Source: Lama glama (lineage: Eukaryota). From it: 64,000 bases of DNA. The translations under genes and the position numbers were made by a program. The stretch is from NCBI GenBank assembly GCA_028534125.1, contig CM052816.1, positions 32,738,001 to 32,802,000 on the forward strand, written 5' to 3'. Numbering within the stretch: position 1 is the stretch's first letter; the number at the start of each line of letters is the position of its first letter. Below are positions 1 to 12,500 of the stretch, in pieces. The notes beneath the pieces are model-generated. The model was not told where the DNA came from. It made no database searches and saw only the letters and a program-made list of their open reading frames with translations.

Positions 1-130
1 GCCAGGGTCTACAGTCTTCCTTCTCTTTGTCCCCTTTGAGCTCTGTGAAGAGGTAAAGGGCATGTGAGCATACTGACTTTCCTAGGAACTTACTTTGCTT
101 CTTGTAGGTAAAGTCCTGATTTTATTAGCA

Positions 131-161
131 GAGAGAGAGGAAGGAGAGAGAGAGAGAGAGA

Positions 162-218
<57 letters not shown>
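131..218. repeat. Compound microsatellite (GA)n + (GT)~27
   Basis: Interrupted GA run at 131-160 followed by a perfect GT run at 164-218. Confidence 0.97.
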
Positions 219-219
<1 letters not shown>

Positions 220-754
220 TTCTGGTCTATCTTGTGTCCTCTTGGTTCAGATGGAGGTAAATTTAGTCCTTGCTAAAGATTTGTGACAAAATGTTTATTT
301 TGTTCTCACACTTGATTGTTAGTTTGGCTAGGAGTAGGCTCAAACTCATTTTCCTTCTTCATAATCAGTGTCACTGATAAGAAATTTGATACCAGTCTGA
401 TTCACATTCCTTTATAGGAAACCATTTTTCTTCTTTTGAAGCTGTTAGAATGCCTTGGTATACATGTTTTCTTAATTTACCATGCTGGATACTTACTGTG
501 CCCTTTTGATCTGGAATTTAATTTTCTTTAGCTTTTGAAAATTCTGTTATTTCTCGATGATTTTCCCCCTCTGTTTGTCTATTTCTTTCTAGACATCCCT
601 TTAAGTCATAGATTAACTCTCTCTGTGTCTCTTTTTTTTTTCTTGTTTTCTGTATTGCCCAAGATAAGTGAGATAAATGTTAGAAAGTAGTCAAGCCAGG
701 ACTCACACCCAGGTCCATAACCTTTTTGAATCTATTTTCCAGACTGTAGAATGA

Positions 755-860
755 GCATAAGAATAACTACCTTAAAAGATGTTATGAGGATAAAGTTAGG
801 TTTTTTTATAAGTACTAGGCACTACGTCTTGTACATTCAATAAATGTTAGCTATTGTCAT
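755..860 (+). mobile_element. MIR 3' fragment
   Basis: ataactacctt...gttatgaggataaa...ttcaataaatgttagctatt resembles the MIR 3' end. Confidence 0.6.
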
Positions 861-1789
861 GTTAGCCATTAAAACACTTAACATATATTTGTTAAACACC
901 TAATATATGTGTGCCATGCTCTTCTAGATGACCTTGAGTTTGCTAGAGGACTAAGAAGACATGATGATTACATTTTAAGGAAGACTGTTGACAATCACTA
1001 AATAAGCCTTTAGTACACTAAACCATAAAGACCCATGAGCTTCTGGGTCTAGATCTTGTTTCAGTTTTGAGTCTTAAGCACTGTTGTGGGAGTTACAAGA
1101 TGAACTCGTATCATTTAACCACTTGTTACCATTTTGGTTCAAGGCACAATAACCTTGGCTTCCAGAGCATTTTGCTGCAGTTCTATTTTAAGCTTGATAG
1201 TAACAACCTACCCTTATTCTCCCTAACCTTTTCCTCATTCCACCACCATTACTAACATTAGCCTATCAATTTAAGTACTTCTAGTACCCAGCTCTTATTT
1301 AAATAAGCCTGTTTATTGGAGAGTAATCAGAGGAAGTAGCATCTGTCCCTCATTTCCCCACCTTAGTCCTGGTACGTCCTGCAGGTCCTCACCAGAGAAC
1401 ATTGAAGAATAGAATGACATCTCATTCTTATGCTAATTGTGGTATCCAGCTTGTGAAAGAGGTTCAGGCTTTCTCTATTGCTTTCTCTTGCTGCTTTTGT
1501 CAAAAATGGGAGGGAGGGGGCTGTTTCTCATTGGTCTACACACTCTCAGCTTTTCATATCATAAGCAGGGGCTTGCTTCCTCCCCATGAATTCCCTCACT
1601 ACTGAGGTTGCCACATCAAAAGTGAAGGCTTATTTCTTACTTTTTTAATGCTTCTCAGTAAAGGAAAGGGAATTTTAGCAGGATTAGAACCTTCCACATA
1701 CTCACAGGCATACATATTCTCCAAGAAAATACAATCAAATAGAATTTTAAAGCAATAATATCAGAGTGGGGAACAACTCTCTGTGTAAG

Positions 1790-2600
1790 AGCAAACCCCA
1801 GAAGCCATAATAAAAAATATCCTGAAATCTGACTACAGGAAAATCAAAATTTTCTACACAGCAAAATCATTATAAACAAAGTTTAAAGACAAGTGATAAA
1901 CTGAGAAAATATATTTATAACTGACAAAGGGCTATCATTCTTAATATATGAGGTCCTATAAGTAATTAAAACTATAGTGATATACTGGTTTTCTTAAACC
2001 GTAGATATGTAAAATTTTTTTTTAAGTTTTATAAAACATTTACACTGGTGAAAGTGGCAGGAGCGTAAATTGGTATAATACCTAATAAGGGCAGTAAGTT
2101 AAAAATTCACATATCCTAGGCATTGATCTTTATACATGCTTGCACATGTGTGAAATGAAGTTATTATGAGGCTGTTCAGTGCAGCATTGTTTATAATAGC
2201 AAAAGATTAGAAAGACCCCAAATGCTCTCTAACACAGAACCAGTTATAGTTTATCCCTTTGTGGATTCATGAGTATCTACATAGCTGGCAAGAAATACTA
2301 TAGGACCTCATTACAGAATGATCTGGGAGATCATTCTGTTATCAGAAGATAACAGAAGATATCAGAAGATAACAGAATGATCTCCCAGATAGATTTTTAA
2401 GTGGAAAAAAAAAGTTCCATGACAGCATACATAATAATATGCTACTGTTTATGTTTAAAAATTTCAATGTAAATATACACATACATCCATTCAATTTTAT
2501 AGAATATCTCTGGAAATATACACAAGAGAATAGTAGTGGTCACTTTGGGAAACAACCATACGAAAGGAGATAGATCACATACTTCTTGTACCTACTGATT
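1790..2600 (+). mobile_element. Old L1 (L1ME-like) ORF2 end/3' UTR fragment
   Basis: Degenerate L1 motifs: ccagaagccataa, gacaaagggcta, gcagcattgtttataatagcaaaagattagaaa. Confidence 0.65.
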
Positions 2601-3222
2601 TTTTCCCGTTAACATTCTCACTTTGCATTTATAATGATCGGATATAGAGCATCTTGATATAGATTGTTATTGAGGACATCATCAATTGGGTTGTCAGAAA
2701 TTATGTAACAAATTTGTCTTCAGATTCCAAGTTAAGAAAATATTTCTCTTCCGCAGAATATCTTCTTATTACACAGTGACAATATAATTATTATTTTGGC
2801 TGCTGAGAAGCTGAAAGCTACATCTGTGTCCAATGCAGTAGTTCCCTATACTCTAGGTTTGGTTTTTTTGGGTTTTTTTTTTTTGTATAATTACTGCTTT
2901 TCTTTACTTCTTTATTAAACTTTTTATTCTTGTATTAATTTGGGGTTTTTAATATCTGTACTTCTAAATCTAAACCATCATCAAATTCTTAGGCTATAAA
3001 TGTGAAGAAAGCTTTCAGTTGAGATGTGAACATTCTAGTAAGAATAGTTACCATCTTATTTAGGTGAAAAAGATTAAAACTTTTTATTACTCAAATTTGA
3101 ATGATTATAATATTCTAAGTCCCACCTTTAAAAATCCGAAATTAATAAAATGTTCATTTGTTCATTATAAATAGTTACATAGAGAACATTACAATTACAG
3201 CTGATAAGAATTGCTATTATTA

Positions 3223-3350
3223 GGGGAGAGGGTATAGTTCAGTGGTAGAGCACATGCTTAGCATGCACAAGGTCCTGGGCTCAATCCCCAGTACCTCCTC
3301 TAAAAATAAAGAAATAAGTAAACCAAATTACCACTCCTCCCCTTGCCCTA
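3223..3350 (+). mobile_element. tRNA-Ala(AGC)-derived SINE (camelid-type)
   Basis: ggggagagggtatagttcagtggtagagcacatgcttagcatgcacaaggtcctgggctcaatccccagtacctcc (A/B boxes) plus an A-rich tail. Imperfect TSD aagaattgctattat (3206-3220) / aagaattactgttat (3351-3365). Confidence 0.9.
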
Positions 3351-3413
3351 AAGAATTACTGTTATGTGCTCTATATTATCATTGTATGAATTTATCTTTT
3401 TTTTTTAAAACAG

Positions 3414-3522
3414 ATCATTACTTCTTGCTGACCTTGACAAAGAAGAAAAGGAAAAAGACTGGTATTATGCTCAACTTCAGAATCTCACTAAAAGAATAGA
3501 TAGTCTTCCTTTAACTGAAAAT
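3414..3522 (+). CDS. APC: APC exon 4 (109 nt)
   Basis: ttttaaaacag|ATCATTA...GAAAAT|gtaagt; encodes [36 protein letters not shown]. Confidence 0.97.
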
Positions 3523-6500
3523 GTAAGTAAATTGGTAATAGGACTTACTTTTATATCTAAAAGTATATATAAATTTATACCTGCATTTACAGTTATTTGT
3601 AAACTGTAATATGTTTAATCCAACTTTAAACCTAAATATATAATAATTAATGAATTTTGTTTATAAAGATGGTGAAACTTCATTATGCCCAAGCATATTT
3701 ATTTTAAATACCTTCTTAAGAAAATCTCTTAAGTTTGATTACTAAAGAACTCAGGATTCAGCTAGGCAACTGATTTTTTATTCTGTGTATTGAATTACCA
3801 AACATACTCTGTTCAGATGCTAATTACCATCTCTGTTTTTTGAACCATATTACAGGACTCATGCCAGATAGCTTTTACAATAAAAGTTTTATCTTTGAGA
3901 TAATATGAGTTCTGTTTCAGTTATTACAAATTACAGTAGCTTTTGGCATGAATCTTAGGGCTTTTTGCAAAAACTAAAATTTGTTTTACAAATAGAACTA
4001 TGTAAAAAAATAATTTAATTCTGTCAGCCTCTCCCTCCCCACCCAGTCTCTCCATGTCACCTATTTTATACATGGGATGGCACACATAAGAACATTTTTG
4101 GAGTACATTAATAATTTTAAACAAGACTATATTTTAACTGTTGTCCATAAATTTTTTAATAATTTTTAAAAAGAGAAAAATAGACTAATTAAAATGTTAT
4201 CTTTCACTCTTAGCTTAGATTTTTCATTTTATAATAGCATTTTTGAGAGAACATAATAAGCAAAATGCAAAACTACAAAGAAGGAACACCTTTTCCAAAA
4301 CACATAGCTAGCCACTTTCTTGTGTGGGCAATCTGGCGAGAAGTAGAACTAGAAGCTTGAATGCTCAGCCTCCTAGAATTCGGGATTTTGAGAGGCAAAA
4401 AATCCCCCTCCTGATGATGTCCTTAATATCTTTTGGGGCATTAAGGAGACATCGCTAGTGAAAGAAGAGTTCACCGAGATTGTTAGCACATGAGGATTAG
4501 GAACTCAGGAGGGTTTGGTGGGATTTTTACTTAAGAAAATATCAAAGCATAGTTTCCCTTACCATTCACTTTGGTAATTGGAGTATACAAAATTTAGGGT
4601 CCAACTGTCTGCATGCAGTCATGTATGTGACAACTCGAGAGATTGGTTAATATCTGAAACAAAAATCATTCCCGTATTAATTTATTAAATAGCCAATCAC
4701 ATTTATTTAATAGGATATGCAAGACATTATGGACCATTGGCAGCCAATGTGAATTGCTTATATTTCATAAATATTTTTTAATTTCACAAAACTTTGCTTT
4801 TATGTTGAGAAGCCAAGTTAAGAACACTTCCATATAGAAGTACTTATCAGGATATTAGGCATTGTTTAAAACATCAGATCTAAACAAGTTTATACTGTAT
4901 AGCACAGGGAAATATATTCAATGTCTTGTAGTAGCTTACAGTGAAAATGAATATATGTATGTTCATGTTTGACTGAAGTATTGTGCTGTGCACTAGAAAT
5001 TGACACATTGTAAACTGACTATACCTCAATAAAAAATAAAAGACAAAAATTAAAAAATAAATAAATAAAACATCAGATCTAAACCAAATTACTGTAATGT
5101 ACTATGTCGTGTAGCACTTTTTTTTGCCAAAGGTTTTGGGAAGTAGAGGACAAATAAGTGGAGTTAAACTGGCTCATTGGGAATTAGAAATAACATGCAG
5201 ACTAATTTCATCTAGGTTGCAACCCGTAATTTGGGTATGCCTATAGGAATACATTCTTCATGTGAATGTCATCTGTATTTGCAGGGGAAAAGGTGAGAGC
5301 TCCTCTAATTTAACTAACAACACAGTTTAGAATCCTTGGACCTACAGAATGCTATACGTGTGCATGCAGCTTCCCACTGGGCATAGAGAGTGTGAAAATT
5401 CGGCAGCACTTCATTATTCCCTTTACGGCCCATTATAACTGTTACCTATCATTTTGTCTAATTGTATTTTAGCCTTTATTACTTCTTGAAGCATGTCTTT
5501 TTAAGTTTCTTTACCTTGTCCTTTTCATCCTTTTTTATGCCTAGCAGTTACCACAGTAATTTCAGTTTTAATTAGAGGGCTAATAAAATTTTGAATGAAT
5601 TAACACCCACTTTGTGAAGAAGTACTTTTTTTGTTGTTTTAACTTTGGTTCACATTTGAATTTTACCAAAAAGTTAGTATTGTAATTTATGATTATGTTA
5701 TTTAAAAGCTTTTCCTTTTCCCATTTTCTCCATGTCACAAATGAGAAAGTTCTCTCTGTTTAGTCTGCATATATAAAACAATCCTTACCTTAAACTGAGG
5801 TATAAACTTAAGGATGATGGACCTGATTCTTGATTTTTCTTTGTGGTCTACACTAATATGCTAGTTTTTAATGATTCAAAGTAGGACCTTGTAGTACCTC
5901 GTAGTACCTCTTCAGAGCAGAAGGATCATAGGTAACTGAAGATAGGCTTATCCTAACTGAACCAGTTATATATTTTAAATGAAATAGTACAATTTAATTA
6001 AAGCCATTTGTGACTATGGGGCAATAAAAGTATCTCAGCTCTGCATTTCACATCAGGGATCCAGACTGGGCCTAGCACTGATAATCAAGTTTTAGGACTC
6101 TTTGGAGTAAAAAATAATTTTCTTATGCACAATGATTTATATATTTACTTATTTATTGTCTTTATTGGTACTTATATGCCTTTTGATTTTTACTGATAAA
6201 CACACGAGATATTAACATTTTAATTTTATTTGTGGTTTTAGTTTTCCTTACAAACGGATATGACCAGAAGGCAATTGGAATATGAAGCAAGGCAAATCAG
6301 AGTTGCAATGGAAGAACAATTAGGTACTTGCCAGGATATGGAAAAACGAGCCCAGGTAACTTATTTATTATTAAACTATGAAGCAGCACTAGCTAGAGAT
6401 CTATGAAGAATGTAATGAATTATAATTCTGTTAACACTGATTAAATTTTATTATTAAAGATGTTTTAAAGTCTGTCTTTACTTGGCACTAACTCAAAATA

Positions 6501-9500
6501 AGAATAATTTGCCTTGACTTATGGGCAACATAACCAGTGTTCAAATAATTCTGCCTTCATATTTCATTTCCCTGATACTGTTCTGCTGTGCCTTGGAATT
6601 GTAAGGGGGGGAAAGAATTAGATGCTGGTCTAGTAGCTGATTGCTAGCTTCATTTATTCTTGGAGACTTCTGAGTATATATAATGACATTCAGAATATTT
6701 CCATGCTATTCAAGTTGTAATACAAAAAAGAAAGCCCTCATTGCAGGAAAGTAGGAAAAAAAACATAGAAGGAGAGCATTCGGAAGATGAAATGAGTAGG
6801 GAACACATTTCCCATATTTCTGCCCTCAACTATGCCAAGAAAGAATATTAAAAAAAAAACAACAACTTTGCGGACAAATTGGAAAAAGAACATTATTTGA
6901 AAGATTTTTTTTTTTAAATAAATAGCTGATGTAAAGGAGAACTTATATTTGTATATGTGGTATAAATAAATTTTTGTATTCTGCAAAGTTTATTTCATAG
7001 TTTTAAAGTCACTAATACAAGACATTTTACATTCCCCAAAGTTTAGTCTTTATCTTTTATGTAGTAGCTTCCTAAATATAATCTGTATTCTTTTTATGCT
7101 GGAGGTATAGTAGTAGACTAAAGAAGTACTTAAACACAAGTACCATGGGACATTTCGTAGTCCATACCTGTCAGTTTCACAGTGAGGCTAGAGGCTCAAC
7201 TAATATATCCACATATTAGTTAGTTGTATTATAATATGTACAATTGACCCTTGAACAATGCAGAGGTTAGTCCACATGTAATTGATAGTTGGCTCTCCAC
7301 ATTCACAGATTAAACCAACCGCAGACCATGTAGTACTAGTATTTATTATTGAAAAATACCCATATATAAGTGGACCCACACAGTTCAAATCTGTATTGTT
7401 CAAAGGTCAACTATATATATAAATATATAACATTCCTTTTTCTTAATCTCCTCTCACCCCCATCCCATTCAGATTAATGTCTTAAATGTCAAAAATAAAA
7501 CTTTAAAAAATAAACTGTGTAGTAGAAAATATACATGAATATCTTTCTAATATTGGAATAAGAAAGGATTTTTTAAGACATAAAACTTAATTATAAAAGT
7601 AAAAATTAGTACATTTTGCTATGTTAAAATTAAGAATTTATCTTCATTAGGTATCTTAAAGTAAAGGTAAGTTACAAATTGGGAGAAAGTGTTTATCACT
7701 ATATAACATAGAATTAAAATTAAGAATATATAAAGAATTTCCAAATATATTTTAAACTGTATAATAAAATTAATACAAATTTAGTATTTGTAGCATATGC
7801 TATTTTCATGGAATTATTTTAAAACATCAGGCAGATTTTTTTGTTTACTGAAAAATTATGAGAAATTTTACTGTAGTTTATATGAATTTGCATTTTTAGA
7901 ATGTGAATATATGGAACACTGTATACAGAAGTTAGTTTTTCTCTATTTGTTAATGTATTTTTAGAGATATTTAAGGAACAAAATGAAATGGTAGATGTAA
8001 AAATTCCTGTGTTATAGAAATACAAATAAGTGTATTCCAGATGGTTTAATCTATAGTCTAGAAAAGAAGTTAATTTGAGTTCTTTCTTAGCCATTTTGTT
8101 CAGGTGTGTACAGATACATTCATTGTAATTTTATTCTAGAATACAGTGTTCTTCATTTTGTTAGTTAATATTCTAAGGAAATTTTGTCCGATAGTTTTAC
8201 AAACACAGCAAGCATTCATTTATTCTAGAAATAGTCATATAAAGTTTAAGGTTAAAGAAATATTGTAGACAGAGTTAAGAAAGGAAATAATGGAAATGTT
8301 TATAGTATATATGAGGGGTTAAGTATCCCTAATATACAGGGAGCACCTACAAATCAATTGCAAACAAGACAACCAAATAGTGAAATAGTCAGAAAATATG
8401 AGTAGTCCAATCACAGAAGTGCAGGTGGTTAATAAACAGTTGTGAAAAGATGCTTAAACATCACTAGTCACCAGAGAAATGTAACATAAAATAATGTTTT
8501 TTGTTGGTCGTGCTGGATTTTTTTGGTTTGGTTGGTTGGGTTTTTGCCTATCAGATTGGCAGAACTTTCAAGTTTAATGACATGCAGTATTGGTGACAGT
8601 GAGAAACATTGTGTATCTGTTGTAAGAATAAACTGATACATTCGTGAAGGACAATGTAGTGCTACCTGTTAAAATGAAAATACTTGTACCCTCTGACCTG
8701 GTAATTCTGTAGGACTCTCAGAACATGTCTTACAGAAATACTAAAGCAACAAGTGTATAGGTATAAATTTTATGGTGTATATTGCAACATTATTTGTAAG
8801 ACATTAACAAAGAGAGACAACTTCAATGTCCATCATTTGGGGCATTATTTAATGAATTATTAAATCAGTAATATGCAGATGTTACAAATAATAAGGTAGT
8901 GGGAGTAATAGAAATACATTGTCCGGGTGCTTCTTTCCCTCCTGACTCTCAGCTTTAGTGACTCCACATGTAAAAGTAAAACTAGAATGACCAGCTTTTA
9001 GGCCTGAAAGTAGATGTCAGGAGGACCTGAGTCCATGAGAAAAAAATGTGAGATCTCATTTAGAAGGAGAAAGGATGGATTAAAAGTCTGAATAAAATAA
9101 GAATAGAGTGAACTTTTTTTTTTGTAAATAATTACTTATCAGAAACCAGAAGCCAATTTTATAGTAATTTGAGAAAATAGAGAAAATAGTAATAATATTA
9201 ACATTGCAGTCATATAGTTTGGTACTTGCTGTTATCACTATTGTTTAACTTTGTTTGGAGGCTCCATTAAAAGGAAAACGAGTTGTATAAATACTATACT
9301 TCCTTTCCAGCTAAAAAGGAGGAAAGCAAATAATTGTCATTTGTAAAGTACATGGTTATTTGCCTAGAAAAACCCTAGAGAATAAACCAAAAGAATATTT
9401 CAAATGATAAGAGCATTGAGTAAGGTGGCTGGAGTTAAGGTACATTACAAAAGTTGGTAGCTTTTCTCTAGTAGCAATAGGAACCAGTGAAAAATGGAAA

Positions 9501-12500
9501 TAGGGTAGAAGGACCTGTCACAGTAACAGGAAACTTTTAAAGTACCTGGAATAGACCCACATAAAGAAAAATATAAAATTGCTAAAGGGCACAAAATGTG
9601 ACTTTAAAAACAGAGAAGCCTAAGTGAGAAGACTTTAAATCCTAAAAATGCCTTTCTTGTAAAAATTAATATATAAATAAAATACAATTTCAAACATAAT
9701 CTTAAAACTTTTTTGGGGCCTGGAAAAATGATTCTAACATTTGTTAAGTAAGAATTTCTAAAAATATTTAAGAAAGAAATTATAACAAGTAGGGATTTAC
9801 CTTACCATTTGTTGAAATTTATTGTAAAAATGTTACAGTAATTATAGTATGATAGCACAGGAATAGACATAGGCAAAAAAAAACAGAATAGCAACTAGAA
9901 AAAGACATAAGAATACATAAAATGTTTTAATGATAAAACTATATTATAAATTTGGGGGGAAATGATAAATAATTCAATAAATGTATAGATATAACTAGGA
10001 ACCTGTTTGGGAGAAATTAAATTAGATCCCTACCTCACATCTTGTACAAGAATAATTATAGGTAGATTAATCTGAATGTGAAAGACAAACATAAAATTAA
10101 TAGAAGAAAATAGAGGACAATAGAGATCTTAAGTAAGAATGGAAGCTCAAAAGCAATAAAGGAGGGGCAAGGGAAACAATTTATTTCATAAAATTTTAAA
10201 ACATTGATCCTGCAGAAGATAAACTAAGAGAAAATATTTGAAACACATAAAGGGGAAAAGGTTAATATCCCTATGACATAAGAATTCCTACAAACTAATA
10301 AGAAAAAGACAATTTTTTTAATGGACAGAGGATGTAATCATTCAACTTATTGAAAAGAAAACACAAATGATTAGTAAAACATACAAATGGCTGGTGAACA
10401 ATTTCAGGAAACTCTAAACAAAATCCACTCTTCCCCATGCCTGTGTGAGTTAGTCTCTAGTTATCTCTGTTAACAGTTTGGTTATTTATTTATTTTCTCC
10501 TTAATTTGTTCAACATATGTTTGGGTACCCAGTATGGTAGTCCCTACTCCCCTCTATGCCTGTAAGCAAAGGTTGAAAAAATGTACATCAGGTTGTTCAT
10601 AGAGCCTGTTCTGGGGAGTGGAGATTGGTAGGGTAAGGTTACTTACACTCTGTATTGCTGTAATTTTTTTATACTTAAATGGATATTATAGTTCAGTGTA
10701 GTTTATCTGTTTCCTGGTTGACAGACATTTAGGTTATTTATAATTTTTCATTGTTAGAACAACTTTGATAAACATACTTATTCATATCATGTAGACATGT
10801 GCAACACTTTCTCTAGGTCGAGTCGGGAATCTTTTTCTTAAAGGGCCATATAGTAAATACTTCAGACTTTGTGGGCCATATGGCCTCTATTGCAACTACT
10901 CAGCTCTGCCTTTGTAGCAAGAAAGCAACCGTAGACAACAGTATGTAAGCAAATGGGCAGGACTGTGTTCCAGTAAAACTTAATTCATAAAAACAGATGG
11001 CTAGCAGGCGCTAATTTGCTGACCTCTGCTCTAGGGTATGTACCTAAAACCATAATTGCTGGCCTTAAGGTATGAGTGTTTTGAATGGTGTTTGCCAGAT
11101 TGCACTCAAAATGATTTTATTGATTTACCTTTTTCCTAGTAGTATGTGAGATTTCCTGTTTCTTTTGCATGTCTTTTTCAGCAGTTGTGAGTCATACTTT
11201 ATAATTAACAATCAGTGTCAAATGAACTATTATCTTGTCATTTAGTTCATACTTACATGAATATTACTAAAGTTGACTATCTTTTCATTTATTAGGCTCT
11301 TGGATTTTGTTTTTGTTATTTTTTCATATCCTTTGCCTATTTTCTATTCTATTAAATGTCTCATTCTTATATATTTGAGAGATATTTTAATATCCTCTTG
11401 CTACCACTCTGTTATAGATGATGTCTATCACAACCCCTCCCTCCCAAATCTGTTATGTCCTTTAGCCTCATGATAACAAAAATTAGTTTTTGTTATAAAG
11501 CTAAATTAATTGTATTGCCATATTTGTGCTTTCTTTGACTTATTTATATATTTTTTTCTAACCTCAAAGATACCCTCCTAATATTGCTAATGTTTTATTT
11601 TTACAATTATAGTCTAATTCATTTCAGATTTGCTATTATATAGGTTTTGAAGTTACAGATCTAATTATATATACATACATATACTTTTTATATCTGTGTA
11701 TATAATTATTTGACATATTTGTAATAAAATATTATTAAATAATTGTATAATATTATTTATATATATAATTACATATACACACACACACACATGAACATAC
11801 ACCCAGATAGATGCATATATATGTTGTTAACTAAATTTCCCATTATCATTTATTGGATATTCCTCTGTTTTCCCATGGATTAGTAATGCTGTCTCTGGCA
11901 TATGACAAGTTTGTATTTGCTTGATATTTGTGGACTCTGTTCCATTTTAGCTTCTCTAAACCTGCACTGATACCACATTTGTTTTATTTGCTATAGTTTT
12001 ATAAATCTTGGTACCTAGTAGGGTGAATCCTTATTTTTGTTTGTAAAAATGTGTTTATGTTCCATTTCATTACTCATTTGAAATTTAGTATCAGTTTATC
12101 TAACTCAAAGAAAAGCCTGGTGGGCTTTTGATTAGAATTACGTTGAATTTATTAATTAATTTGAGGAGAATTTATATCTTTACAATACGAAGATTGGTTC
12201 TTGGTTGAAAGGATGGACTCTGGAGCCAGACCTCCTGGGTTCTAATTCCTGACCTGCCACTTATCAGCACTGTGACCTTGGGTAAACTATCTGCCTCAGT
12301 TTTCTCACTGGTAAGATACAGATAATGATACCCTGTAAAATGTGAGGATAAAATGAGTTAATATATGTAAAATACTTAGAATCCAGCACATAGTAAACAC
12401 TCAGTAAATATTAAGTATTGTTACTAATTTTATATCTCTCCATTCATTTAGGACTGATTTTATGTTTTTCAATACAGATTTGTAATATTCTCCATAAAAC

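Noticed and set aside
95..286. ORF with a VCVC repeat (also the YIYI ORF at 21855-22130)
   Set aside because: Translation of microsatellites.
3226..3298. Possible tRNA-Ala(AGC) gene (also at 19293-19365)
   Set aside because: Substitutions in stems and boxes, an extra 5' G-run, an A-rich tail and TSDs mark these as SINE copies.
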